A stretch of 62,967 bases of DNA, counting the filler, from Octopus bimaculoides (Eukaryota), in NCBI RefSeq assembly GCF_001194135.2. It is 5 parts of 5 records of this genome, joined end to end, with 100 filler letters (N's around TTAATTAATTAA, not from the genome) between each part and the next. Parts side by side here need not be neighbours in the genome. Positions count along the whole stretch, not along the records: positions 11,216 to 32,602 come from NC_068999.1; positions 32,703 to 35,091 come from NW_026332839.1; positions 35,192 to 54,619 come from NC_068996.1; 2 more parts are not named here. One strand, given 5' to 3'. The notes under the pieces are model-generated. The model worked only from the letters and a program-made list of their open reading frames with translations, searched no databases and had not been told where the DNA came from. The translations under genes were made by a program, and so were the position numbers. Shown one piece after another: positions 26,095 through 39,599 of the stretch (position 1 is the first letter of the stretch; every line of letters starts with the position of its first letter).

Positions 26095-26260
26095 AAATTG
26101 ATTGCATCTCCGCTACCTCTTGAGAGGTACTTTTATGTATCGATCTGGTAGAAATGGAAGCCTATGTTGACCTAGGCTGAATTTGAACTGAGAATTTAAA
26201 GGATCAAGAAATTACTGTGGAGAATATTGACCCGGATGCTAACGTTTCTGTCAAATCGCC
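26095..26260 (-). mobile_element. SINE family B, diverged
   Basis: Reverse complement of CTCAGTTCAAATTCAGCCTAGGTCAAC...CGATACATAAAAGTACC. Confidence 0.55.
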
Positions 26261-27119
26261 TCCTTTATGACTACTGTAATTATGACTAAACATTTGATCA
26301 CTTTCCCGAAACAGATAACCATGTGTCAAAATGTGAAACGGATTATACACCCCAAACGTATCAGTCAGTGGCATATCAGCTAATATAATCGAACGGTACA
26401 TTACATGAAGAATTTGAGTTCTATATTAAGACGATATTATATAATGTTATATGATTTTGTATGTTTTCATATGCAAACAATATGAAGAACTGTGTTGATA
26501 AACTTTTGCTACGGAAAAAAAAAGTACTAATACCGAAAACACCTATTCGTTACATTCATAACTATATGTGAGTGAGGGAGTCTGAGTGTGCGCACGTGTG
26601 TGTGCGTGTTTGTTTGCGAGCGTGTGTATGAATATGTGTGCGTGTATTCTCACTCTTGTAAATGCACCTAGACACACACATGCATACTCACACGCATGCA
26701 TATTTAATTATACTTATACACATATATAAATATATGTATATAATGTCTTATTATACTATTTAACTGTATATTTCTGATTATTTCTTTGTTGCGGTGATGT
26801 TTTTCTATTTTATTACATTTTGCACCCAGATTGATGTAATTGATACTTATCAAGTCATGCTAAATAAATATAGATTATAGTTCTTATATTATTTATTTAG
26901 ACTATAGATCTTATATCTGAAGAAGTTCATAAAATTAATAAATATAAATGTTGGGTCGGCTTTCAACAATATTTAGCCCAACCATTGTTCAGATAGGAGT
27001 AGAGCAGCATCATTGTAGAATGCTCCGGAGATGAAGATTGTCTATCTTAGATGTTCAGCTAAAAATAAGTTAGCTTTATAATACGGTATTGTCATTTTGA
27101 GAATACGCTATCATACAAT

Positions 27120-27420
27120 ATCACCATGGAGGCAATTCAGTTTTAAATGGATTGAGGTTTCCCCACAAGAAATAATCACACAAGGATAAATCAGGTGACC
27201 GAGAGGGCAAAGGTGTCTCAGCAAATCTTGAAATGAGTTGGTCACCAAAACGAGGGCAAATAACGTCCATTGTCGTTCTAGCTGTGTGGGTTGTCACCCC
27301 ATACTGCTGAGACCAGACGTGGGACAAGTATAGGTTGTTGTCGTAATTCTGGTACAAAGAAGATGTAACACTCGGATCCCTCTTACCACAATATTTTACC
27401 TTGCGGAATCGATCCCGTGT
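27120..27420 (-). pseudogene. Tc1/mariner DD37D/Tc3-like transposase remnant
   Basis: WSQQYGVTTHTARTTM...LISRF...PSRSPDLSLCDYFLWGNL. Confidence 0.8.
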
Positions 27421-27749
27421 TAAGACATTAGAATTAAACTTTGAATCTTTCGGGATCTATAAGTGTCTTCTATACTGAGAATATCTGGACCTCACCTATA
27501 GTCTATAGAAATATACGTATTAGATAAAATGAAACAACAAAACCACGGCTGTATGGAATTTAAAATATACATGCTCACACAGGACCCGCATTAGACACAT
27601 CACTCGTATTATTATTGAACAGAAAGTTACATAGCCTTGCCTGCCATCCTGTGTCTTCTGGATCGCAATGCCTCTCATTCATATATATATATATACATAT
27701 ATATATGTATATATATATATATATATATATACACAGACACACATTTACG

Positions 27750-27804
<55 letters not shown>

Positions 27805-29364
27805 GAATAGAATTTTGTTCTCCATGTTTTTTTTATTTATAATTGACAGCAAATTTGTAAAGATTTGCTTTTATATTCGTTGAAATGTCNNNNNNNNNNN
27901 NNNNNNNNNNNNNNNNNNNNNNNNNNNNNNAAAAACATTGGTCTCCAATACCGAACTTAATTTTCTTTTTTGCTGATATTTCAATATTTTGAATTCCAAT
28001 TAATTATGTTTTGCATGCATTTGAGATTTTCAACTCCTTTTATTATTTTTTTTCCGGTGCGTTGATTTCAGCGTATTTATTTCAGAATTAACATATTTTG
28101 TTTTCTAAGATTACGTATCCATTTATGCATTCATATACATTTGCCCGAAGAGAACTCGTTTACAGCTTTATTGTCCTGTAAAATTATTCGCGATATCAAA
28201 CAGTAATATCTGGAAGACAACTATAACGAGTATTGTTGTGAGTGAGAGCAGAGACAATGCCTTTCTGTTTTTCGCACATTAGACACAATTCCAATGGAAA
28301 TAAGCTTTTAGCTATCTAGACGTAAATGATCAGATTTCTAAACAGAGAATTCATTATGAACCAAGTCTTTCACATTTAAATAAACAAAACTATCATATTT
28401 GAATTGATGAAATATTCAATTCCGTTATCAAATATTAAAATAAAAGAGTTCTGAGCAAATTCTCTATCAGCCGTTAGCTATACTGTGCTTCTAACTGTTG
28501 TTGTGGTTTGGTACTTCAAAATCATCTCATATTCCATATCTCATAATGAAAATATTTATGAGATGACACACAACCTACGCAATGCACAAATATGGCATTC
28601 CATTTAATATAATTTGGGTTTCTTCAGCAGTGTACAACGCAATATTTCCCTAGGTAATTCACGGGTCTTTCTGGATGTCTTTTTGCATTTGTTGTGCAAG
28701 TTAAAAGATTTTAATTAACAATGAATTGATAACGGTGATAATGATTTTAAACGTCATTCATATTCTGAGAACAGTACGTATAAATGTGTATTGCTCACAT
28801 GTAATTTCAGTTCGTGATACGGCCGTTTTGTTTATACCAGACCACATCATTACACATGTTACCTTTTATAATCATTCGTTTTAAATATAAAACACGACAA
28901 ACACTGCTTCCTATAGTCCTCATTGTGTAGCACTTGTTTTGCAATTGCATTATCTTACACGCGGCTAGTTATAAGAAGCTAGTTATTCGCTACACATGGA
29001 AATATGCATCAGGTTATGGTTAAACATGAATTAGATTCTTACGTACTTATACTTGCACAAATTAATCTTCCCATTTTGAACGAAGCTTCAATTTAAAACT
29101 GTTAAATTCTAAGCGGTTTAAATTTAAAACGGTTAAACTTTCTATGTAGGCCGTCATATAAATTAAATGCGTGTGTCGTGTATATACACGACACACGCAT
29201 ACGTTCACAAGCACGGAGAGCTCAGTTAAAATTCCGTTTCTTCATACAACAATATAAGCAATTAATGATAGGCAAATACAATATTTATTTTCAAAGCCAT
29301 TTTCATTCACTTTATATAACTAAAGAACTACAGAATAATATACATCCATACCTAGCTAAGTAGC

Positions 29365-29545
29365 TAGCAACCTACCTACCTACCTACCTACCTACCTACC
29401 TACCTACCTACCTACCTACCAACCTACCTATCTACCTACCTACCTACCTACCTACCTACCTACTTACCTACCTACCTAACAACCTACCAACCTACTTACC
29501 TACATACCTACCTACCGATCTACCTACCTACCTACCTGCCTGCCA
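29365..29545. repeat. (TACC)n microsatellite
   Basis: Directly visible. Confidence 0.9.
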
Positions 29546-29587
29546 ACTTATATACATAAAAACACAAACATATATATATATACATAT

Positions 29588-29622
<35 letters not shown>

Positions 29623-32600
29623 NNNNNNNNNNNNNNNNNNNNNNNNNNNNNNNNNNNNNNNNNNNNNNNNNNNNNNNNNNNNNNNNNNNNNNNNNNNNNN
29701 NNNNNNNNNNNNNNNNNNNNNNNNNNNNNNNNNNNNNNNNNNNNNNNNNNNNNNNNNNNNNNNNNNNNNNNNNNNNNNNNNNNNNNNATGACATTTAAAA
29801 AAAAAACAAGACTGAAAATTTTAGAACATTTATAAATAGGTGTTACAGCTGTTTCCATGATATGTATTATACGTCTTCATCTGAGACGGTGTGAGAAAAT
29901 GGTTAAGCAATAGTTAATTTAATTTAGATAAGATACGAAATGGAGAGTGAAGTGGATGATTGAGAATAGATGTGAGATATGTAGGAATATTGCATTTGTA
30001 GATCCATTATTTAGGCAAAATGGTATAGATATAAGATTTCAATATCCTGTGAGTAAAATCCAAAAGTATTTAAAATTGGTCATTCCCAGTATAGAGTTTG
30101 TGCACATTGCTATAGACTTTAAATAAATCCCTTGATTAAATAGCACTGTATACACAATTTAAACGTTGAATGACCAATTTTAATATATTGTGATTTTAAC
30201 ATATATGTGAGTCTTTCCATAAATGGCATCGCTTTTCCTTATCAGCATTTCATGGTAATATTGATTATTAAATAGTTCCGAAAATCAATTAATTTATAAA
30301 TGTCAAATAGTTAACTGTTAAACAACTGTCATGAAAATATCATGGACAATACTATTTACTGCATTTCGTTACTTGCAAAATGTACTTCCTGATTTTAACT
30401 TCTTATTTAAAAATTTCAATGTTTTTTGTCTCTCGTTTCAGCGCTGAGAGAAATATTTAAATAGCATTCCATAATTTGGAATGAAGTTTTCTGATGTATG
30501 ACAAAATATCTTATGAAGAGAGAGCAGGATTCTTCAAAGGTTTTATCCGCACGCTATTCATCCTCTTCAAATACCTCGATTGTGTCACATCACGATACGA
30601 AGAGAAAGTTCACCTATCTAACATCAAGCCGCTTCACACAAGATATGAAAAATATCTCATAAGATTCAAAAGGTTCCTTGACGAATATATGGAATAAGAA
30701 ATTATTACAGATAAACAACTAAACCGGGATATATAACATTTTACTCGATTAGTTTATGGTGCCTAAAGAACGAATGCAATATGAAACATCATTAAATATT
30801 TATTCCAGGAGGTACAAATAAGTTGGTCAGAGACTTGGCCAATTCTGGCCGATAATTTATCTGAATATCCAAGTACCAAGATTATATAAGTATAAATAGC
30901 ACAAATAACTTTACCTGAAGCCAGTATATAACGTGCTTCAAATTCAAAACAGGAAAAAATTATACACGTGACAAAAAATGATAGATTAGTAATTTTAAAG
31001 ATACGTGAACTATACTTCTAATGATAATGTAGCAGATGTTTGCTAACCAATGATTTTGACAGATAAATGCTCACACAAATGGAATAAGCATTGCAAATAA
31101 ACAAATTTACATTCCATTAGTTTCAATGGTAAATATTACGCTTCCTATACAATATTGATTTATATTCCTTTTTTCATTATTTGTTTGAATCATATTATAA
31201 ACAGCCAATATAGTGATGCATCCATTTCAATATATTAGAATTCTTCCTAAATTTAAGTAAGTTATTTCTCATGAAATGCTTCAGAATACGATAGTGGACG
31301 TATCACCCAGGGCGAGACTCTCATAAATATAATCATGCGAGAGAGGAAATCTTTGCAATTTTACAAGATTTATATTTAGGAATGTTAGCAATGGAGTCAA
31401 GTTTACATATTCAGGTTTTGAAATAGAATTTATATGAACGTACATCTTACTTTTCTTTGGATGACATTCCTTTGTAAAGATTTTAGTAATTAAAATATTA
31501 TGGGATACCCATTTTGATAAAATCACCGACTACAAATTGGATATCATTGTGAGTATTCATGAAGTGACTCAAAGAGGGTGATGTATGAACATTTTATGGT
31601 GGTTTAGAATCAAGATTTGGCTGCTATTTTCAGCTTGGCGGTATCTCTAAGATACGCTAAATTATAATTTTAAATAATTATTACCTTTGATGTTTTTTTC
31701 CCATGCTGTTCACTTGATAAAATCGATATTTAAATATCGATATTATCCTTATTTATATATATATAAGTACATACATATATACATATATGCATCTATATAT
31801 AGATGCATATATGCATATATATATATNNNNNNNNNNNNNNNNNNNNNNNNNNNNNNNNNNNNNNNNNNNNNNNNNNNNNNNNNNNNNNNNNNNNNNNNNN
31901 NNNNNNNNNNNNNNNNNNNNNNNNNNNNNNNNNNNNNNNNNNNNNNNNNNNNNNNNNNNNNNNNNNNNNNNNNNNNNNNNNNNNNNNNNNNNNNNNNNNN
32001 NNATATATGCGTAATGCTTGCATATATATGTATATATGTATATCTACATATATACATTTATACATATATATATATATATATATATATTCATATTGCTTAC
32101 ACACACAATACACATGCACACACACATGTATATGTATGTATATATACGTTAGCTGATAGATCGAGAGAGAAGCAGGTGGGCACAACGATTAAACGTTTAT
32201 AGAAGCATATATGTATCAGAATATATTTCAGTCATATAAACGATATACAAAAACAAGAACAACAACGAAACAATACATTTGTTCACTTGTACAGATGTTT
32301 GAAACGTAATATAAGGTCATGTGTTGAAGGCTATATATTATCATTAAATTAGATACCTCTCTATCCATGGACAACGCTGATGGAATAATCACGTTACATT
32401 TAATAAGTTTACAACTTTCATTAATATCTGTTTTATCTCTCATCCTGTATGTTTCTCTATTTCACTCAGTCAATGAAACCGTCTCCTCCCACTCTCTCTC
32501 CCTCTCTCTCTTCCTATATATATATACATACAGATATATGCATAGGTGTGTATGTGTGTTCATGTGTGTGCAAGAAAACCTGTACTTCTTTGCATAGATG

Positions 32601-32702
32601 CANNNNNNNNNNNNNNNNNNNNNNNNNNNNNNNNNNNNNNNNNNNNTTAATTAATTAANNNNNNNNNNNNNNNNNNNNNNNNNNNNNNNNNNNNNNNNNN
32701 NN

Positions 32703-32748
<46 letters not shown>

Positions 32749-32917
32749 AAGAAAAAATACACAAGCATACATCTATATACACACACACACACATATATAT
32801 ACATATATATACACACACACATATACCTACATACATATACATACACATATATACATATACACATACACACATATACATACAAACATATATATACACACAC
32901 ACATACACACATATATC

Positions 32918-32966
<49 letters not shown>

Positions 32967-33036
32967 ATACATACATACATATACACTCTCATAGCCATGC
33001 AACAAACCTAATCCCAGTAAAATATATAAATATTTC

Positions 33037-33834
33037 CTATTCATAGAAAGCAAATGTATGTCTATACATATGCAGACATCTGAAAGCTTTCAATGTAATT
33101 TTGTTAATTAAGTCACCCTTGGAAAAAAGTATGAAATATAACTCCAAGTTACATAAAGAACAGCTATCTCTACCCTTGTCGTATGGAAACGACTTACCTA
33201 TTATCAACCATTCAAGAGAGTAATCTCTATTCTCATCTTTCACTTGCCAAATTAAACTACTGAGCGCCGTACTATTTTGTTTATTCCTATCCCTAAATGT
33301 TGAGTAATTATTGGAAATTCTTCTTGAGACTTCAAGTGATGAAGCGCCAATATAACTCCAAATCTTCTTATCCGTTAAAACATTACACCTATATACAATG
33401 CTCTTAGTTTTAGCATTTGCACTAAGGAATCTAATTCTATTAGGGTTATCTTCAGAAATTTCTATTAATTTGCTACAATTATTATTGGTATTACCAATAC
33501 CCTTTTTATCTTGAAAATTATCTTTAACAGTGTCTCTAGCATTATTATTATTATTGCTCTCTATACTTATGTCAATAGAATCATGACTAGAATTAGAGGA
33601 TAAAAGTTTAAAGTTATGAGCGGCGATAATTTGAATTAAATTTTTGGTATTAGAGAAACCGAACCTTACCTTATGCGCGTTAATGACTTTATAGTAATGT
33701 GAGTTTTTAGGAAAATATTTACTAACTACATTCCTAAATAAACTAACTAAATTTGATTTAATTTGTTTCCCATATGGAACAACGAACCATAAACTATCCT
33801 GTTTATTGGAATTATAACTTACATTATTATTCAT
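33037..33834 (-). CDS. Penelope-like element C-terminal ORF (linker plus GIY-YIG endonuclease-like domain), 265 aa, no RT
   Basis: LWFVVPY...KYFP...KVRFGFS...IAAHN.KLL (PLE WFNPPY/KHFP/HNxK block), then SIVYRC...YIGAS...NSTALSSLIWQVKD...W.II...Y...CSLCNLE...LINK...CLH. Confidence 0.85.
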   Translation of the reverse strand: MNNNVSYNSNKQDSLWFVVPYGKQIKSNLVSLFRNVVSKYFPKNSHYYKVINAHKVRFGFSNTKNLIQIIAAHNFKLLSSNSSHDSIDISIESNNNNNARDTVKDNFQDKKGIGNTNNNCSKLIEISEDNPNRIRFLSANAKTKSIVYRCNVLTDKKIWSYIGASSLEVSRRISNNYSTFRDRNKQNSTALSSLIWQVKDENRDYSLEWLIIGKSFPYDKGRDSCSLCNLELYFILFSKGDLINKITLKAFRCLHMYRHTFAFYE

Positions 33835-34039
33835 AAAACAACTTTAGTTTACTATTATCAGTGCTTGATACACGACCGTTAGATTTTGGTCTATTTTAAT
33901 CTTTCTAAATAAGTTAACATTATTATTAGTAGTAGTATTAGTTTTATAACTAACCTTACTCCTATTATTAACATTATTATTATTATTATTATTATTATAA
34001 AGTATTTTCAATGGATCAGTTTTGAGCTCTATTTAAAGT

Positions 34040-34103
<64 letters not shown>

Positions 34104-34344
34104 TCACAGTTGAGTTTTTGTATATATATATATATATATATATATACAAAAACTCAACTGTGAGTATTTTGCTAAGATTGTTAACAGGTACTATATTCTT
34201 TTGCCAAATTTTTGGTGTAAAAAATATATTTAAACATATATATATATATGCTCACGTATGTATATATATAATATAAATAATATATATGTATATGCATATA
34301 TACACACATACATGTACATGCGTACATATATATGTATATATACA

Positions 34345-34520
34345 TGCATATATAGGTACAGGACATCAAAGAAACGTGAACAAAATGAGAAACGAGAACA
34401 TAAAAAACAAAAGCATAGAAAACACATTTTTTTTTAACAACGAAAGAAACAAATAGAGAAACGTGAAAGGCAACATAAAGAATATTCCTTTCATCAGTTG
34501 TCTCCAGTTTTATCTACTCT
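34345..34520 (-). repeat. Second copy of the 1205-1365 repeat
   Basis: GAGTAGATAAAACTGGAGACAACTGATGAAAGG...GATGTCCTGTACC on the minus strand. Confidence 0.65.
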
Positions 34521-34849
34521 GCATTTTGAAGGTAGGGACAAGATGCAACTTCTATAAAACAGTCCTTCCTGCAAAGCAAATTAAATAAAATTTGGAGAAA
34601 CAAGTTTTGACATACATTCATGTGTAAATATATATATATGTATATATATATATACATATATGTGTATGTGTTTATGGGTATGTATACATGGGTGTATGTA
34701 TATGTGTATATGCATATGTCTGTACATGTGCGTGCACGCACGTGTTTGTACACATGTATGTGTGCGCTCGCACACACATGTAAACATTCACTAGATTACG
34801 ATGTTTCATTTACTCTCAATTTTACTTACTTTTTCGCTACATATTAATA

Positions 34850-35091
34850 TGTCATTGGGTTCCCTCATATGATGTACTACCTTAGTTCCCTCCCTTCCTC
34901 CCCCTTTTTTTGACTCAACAATTAGCTCTCTCTCTCTAATTTAACAGAACCACAATATACTTATCTCCCCATATTCAAATAACTCTTTGCTTTCAACCTT
35001 TAGCATCATGTCAAAAACACCCTCCCTTTATATTTCTATGAAAACTAGCGTTCTTATTCCTAAAGCCCATGGAATAATATCGTTGACCCCT
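34850..35091 (-). pseudogene. Possible highly decayed PLE endonuclease C-terminus
   Basis: Frame-shifted QRYYSMGFRNKNAS...FDMMLKV...WFC*IRE loosely resembles the end of a PLE GIY-YIG domain. Confidence 0.25.
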
Positions 35092-35191
35092 NNNNNNNNN
35101 NNNNNNNNNNNNNNNNNNNNNNNNNNNNNNNNNNNTTAATTAATTAANNNNNNNNNNNNNNNNNNNNNNNNNNNNNNNNNNNNNNNNNNNN

Positions 35192-35226
<35 letters not shown>

Positions 35227-35307
35227 ATATTCATGATTATTCCCCATTTTTTAGGAGAGGTTAGCTACAAGACACACACCAGTTATTCCATTCATTTTCC
35301 AGCTCAA

Positions 35308-35700
35308 TCTATATACATAAATGTGTAATGGTATCTGTCTGTGTCTGTGTTTGGTGTTACCCTAACTCCTCCCACACCGTCCAACCGATTTTAATGATTT
35401 TTGGCACATACGGAGATCACATGTCTGAAGTTCAAATAAGGCCAGAATTTTTCGAAAACTAGATAATGCTCATTGGCGTCGGCTACAAAAACTCCGCTCC
35501 GTCAACAAAACTCCGTCGCCTGCTCTCACCACTTTCCGTCTACCTGCTACACATCTGTTCATCCTGCATTAGCCTGCCGAACCAGATATAACATATTAAG
35601 GAGTGATAGTTGATACGGGGAACGTAGATTTCAATACAAGGTCAGAAGTGGGCTTGACTTCAACACGGAAAACACGAGCAACGCCGGGTCCAACAGCTTG
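35308..35700 (+). mobile_element. Non-autonomous Helitron-like element
   Basis: A|TCTATATACATAAA 5' end; internal AACTCCTCC...CCAACCGATTTTAATG; 3' GAGCAACGCCGGG...CTTG|T (CTAG-like end between A and T). Confidence 0.6.
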
Positions 35701-35724
35701 TATATATATATACAAATATACTGC

Positions 35725-35885
35725 GGGCTCCTGTCAGTTTGCGTCTACCGAATCCATTTACAAGGTTTTTGTTGGTCCGAGGTTATAGTAGAAGGCACCT
35801 AATTAAACTGTCACGCAGTGGGACTGAACCTGGAACCGTGTGTTTGGGAAGTAAGTTTTTTTACCACACAGCTACGCTTGCGCCT
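35725..35885 (-). mobile_element. SINE family A, 5' half
   Basis: Reverse complement of the family A head and centre. Confidence 0.7.
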
Positions 35886-35917
35886 ATATGATACACATAT
35901 GTGATATATGTAATACG

Positions 35918-35986
<69 letters not shown>

Positions 35987-36447
35987 NNNNNNNNNNTGTG
36001 TGTGTGTGTGCGCGCGCGCGATTGTTTGTGTGTGTGTGTGTAATACGTATATATATATATATATATATGCCTACATACGATACACACACACACACACACA
36101 CTCACTCACTCACTCACTCACTTACACACGACACAAATACACATATTAGATTTACTCGGATAAGGTAATGCATACCAACACTTCTGTATATACTTGTAAT
36201 GAGTTTTGTATATATGTTTGCATTGATGAATGTTTATCGTCAATTAAACATCAGAGGTAAGTTTGAGGTACAGTTCGGGGGGCACCCACTATAACAACTA
36301 ACTGTCAGCCATGGTTTCAATTCTTGCTTACATCCCATGCGCTTATTAGACTTTCTATAAACGTAATGAATATTTAAAAATAGTCAAAACATCGCCTAAT
36401 GTTCGGAAAGGGAGAACAATCATATTTCGAAGAATGTACGTATGAAG

Positions 36448-36478
<31 letters not shown>

Positions 36479-36569
36479 AAACAATCATTAGGGCAGAAAT
36501 GTTAAAAATTATATACTAGCGACAGAAGCAGTATCAATATTAGGAGTTAATATCTATCCCCACTTAAAG

Positions 36570-36750
36570 GGCTAGGAAGGAGGTAGATTCGTTACCGCGT
36601 CTAGTAAAATGCTTAGCGGCATTTCGTCTGTCTTTACGTTTTGAGTTAAATTATCGCCGAAGTCAACTTTGCCGTTTATTCTTTCAGGGTCGAATTAATC
36701 AGTTGAGCATCCACTCCCAAACTTGCTGACCTCATGCTAAAATTTGAAAT
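36570..36750 (+). mobile_element. SINE family B, diverged
   Basis: AAATGCTTAGCGGCATTTCGTC...TTTACGTTTTGAGTT...TCTTTCAGGGTCGA. Confidence 0.6.
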
Positions 36751-37336
36751 CAATATTTTGCTCCACTTAAACATGGATGTTCTGTTAGAACAAACTTTAC
36801 TGCGGTAGTTACCAAGACAGAAACTTTCATATTTGCTATACTACACTATAGTTTGTTCTAATAGAACGTCGACGTTTAAATATTATCCCTCGGAATTACT
36901 ACTGTCTATGTCGCTAATATATATCTTTTAAGAAGCTCACTCGCTAATCGCGACACAAATACCTGTTTTGGCACTGTCAATCTATATATTGTTGACAGGG
37001 AGATGAATCGCCACTGTCTCTAGCGGTCGAGTGTCCATCATAGACAAGGGCAAGGAAGGTCGAAATCATGTGATCTGGTGGTCTCGGCGCTGGTAGTGAC
37101 GGGGTTTTATCTCCCTGCTAGCAATATAAACAAGTGTGCATTGTGCACCAAAAAGCCAATATGATAGTTTCTCGCATGGTAATATCTACGTTTAAGTGGT
37201 GATAAATATTACCTCAGGGCAGAAATGAGTAAACAGGAAAATGTTAATGTGGATTAAATTTATTTTCCTTTTTATAAAAACAGTAAGTTACAGACTTCTT
37301 AGGTGTTTAATTTTGAAACACAACTCCCTTTTACTT

Positions 37337-37386
<50 letters not shown>

Positions 37387-37489
37387 GTTGCTGCTGCTGC
37401 TGCTGCTGCTGCTGGTGTTGGTGCTGCTGGTGTTGGTGCTGCTGGTGTTGGTGCTGCTGGTGTTGGTGCTGCTCCTACTTGCTACTTAG

Positions 37490-37491
37490 CA

Positions 37492-37544
<53 letters not shown>

Positions 37545-38720
37545 GTTTTAATTTTGCTTTGTATTTGCACAAGTTGGCTCCAAGTCCCATTCAGAGACTA
37601 CAAGAGACAATATGTTAGAAGTTCATGTTGGTGTTATGCCTAGGGTGCCATATATTTGGTTTTGTACATAGTGTTGTTCTAGAGAATGTTTAAGAAACCA
37701 TAAGAAAATTATAAATTTGTTTTAAAATTTGAGATTACATAGACAATATTTTACGTAGGATATGGGCAGTTCCCATGAGCACTATCTTTTGAATAACTGC
37801 CATCTTGGGGTTTCCTGGTATTTGAACTAGATAGAAATCATCTCCTTTTGCTATCATTCCTAGGGTACCTATGACAACAGGTATTGTTTAATCTTGAAGT
37901 TCTACATTTTGCCAATTTCTGTTTCAAGATCTTTATACTTGCTCAGTTTTTGGTAGGTTTATTGGGACAGCCATGAGGAGGCATGATTTTTGTCTGAAGT
38001 CTGGCCTATTTGCATCTATCTTTCTGTTAGTTTGAAAGGTGAAGTTCCAGAGCATATCAATGAAGAGGCATGATTTTTGTTTGAAGTCCTTCAATATAAT
38101 GTCTGACCTATTCGCATCGATCTTTCTATCAATTTGAACAGTGAAGTTCCAAAGGAGTGAGATGAGATCATTTTCAAGTACTGGAGGTGGTTTGTGTTCC
38201 CACCAGTTTTTATCATGGGGCAGGTCCAGGTTCTTGCAAATTACTAGGTGAATATATTGTGCAAGGCGCAAGAAGACTGCACATGGGGACAACATGATCA
38301 ATGGCTTCATTTTGTTGTTTACATAGACATGTTGGGCTACTGCCGTCCTTTAATATGTTGGCCTAGTAGTTCCTTGTAGGTAGGCATTGATCTTGGACTG
38401 CTATGATAAACCTTTCTGCCTCTGATTTTAAACCAGAAGACACTAGCCATTAATGGCTTTGTCAATATCAGCACTATTAGCTCTCTTTGGGTATTTGTCA
38501 TTGAAAGGTTTTTCTTGCCATTTATCAGCAAGAATATCTAAGGCAGCATTTTTTGCACGGGTTTTCATACGCTTAGCTTTTTCTCTGATTGTTTCTAGTA
38601 CGTCTAATTCTGGAATTTGTTTTATTTGGAATTCACTTAGATATTCCTTTGCCTGTTTTCTTACTGAGTATGATGCTTTCTTGTTTTCATGCTTTAAGAC
38701 AAGTTTTAACGTCGAGTCTT
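37490..38720 (-). pseudogene. 5'-truncated R4/Dong-like non-LTR element with 3'UTR and (TAA)n tail
   Basis: WQEKPFNDKYP...WWEHKPPPVLEN...LWNFTVQIDRKIDANRSDI...CLFID; the 3'UTR runs into (TAA)n. Confidence 0.88.
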
Positions 38721-38759
38721 CAGAGTTTTTCAGGGTTATCATCATCATCATCATCATCA

Positions 38760-38824
<65 letters not shown>

Positions 38825-38879
38825 ATTATTATTATTATTATTATTGTCATTATTATGAATGTGGTGAGCAGACAGAACT

Positions 38880-39295
38880 GTTTACACACTGGGCAAAATG
38901 CTTAGCGGCATTTCTTCCTTTTTTTACGTTCTGAGTTCAAATTCCGCCGAAGTCGGCTTTCTTTTTTATCCTTTCGGAGTCGATAAATTAAGTACCAGTT
39001 GAGCACTGGTGTAGATTTAATCGATTCATCCCTTTCGCAAAGTTACTGGCCTTCTACCAAAAATTTGAAATTATGATTATTGAAGCAGCGAGCTGGCAGA
39101 TTCGTTAGCATTCCGCGCAATGTGCTCAGTGGCATTTCGTCCGTTTTTACGTTCTGAGTTCAAATTCTGCCGAAGTTGATCTTGACTTACATCATTTCGG
39201 GATCAATAAAATAAGTACCAGCTGAGCACTGGTGTCGATGTAATCAACTTAGCCCCTTCTCCGAAATTGCTAACCTTGTGTTAAAATTTGAAATC
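38880..39295 (+). mobile_element. Two tandem SINE family B copies
   Basis: Both carry TTACGTTCTGAGTTCAAATTC and ATAAA.TAAGTACCAG.TGAGCACTGG. Confidence 0.8.
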
Positions 39296-39599
39296 ATTAT
39301 TATTATTGTTGTTGCTTGGACCTTGTAGCCAATAAAGAAAAGATTATTATTGTTGGTGTTGTTGCTACAGTAACAGGGTATGGCTATTTAAAGTTCTGTA
39401 AGTTTTGAGTTTCTTTTCCATTGTTTCGCCCTGTTAGGACTGCTGTTTAATAATTTATTTTGTTATAAACTTATTGTCAATATCGTGTGAATTTTTGTGG
39501 TTACATTTTGCTTAGAACCTCCCACCTCGAAACGGGGGTTAATATGTTGATAATTATTTCTAGTTACTTGGAAAATAAAGAGTTTGAAAAATGAAGTAA

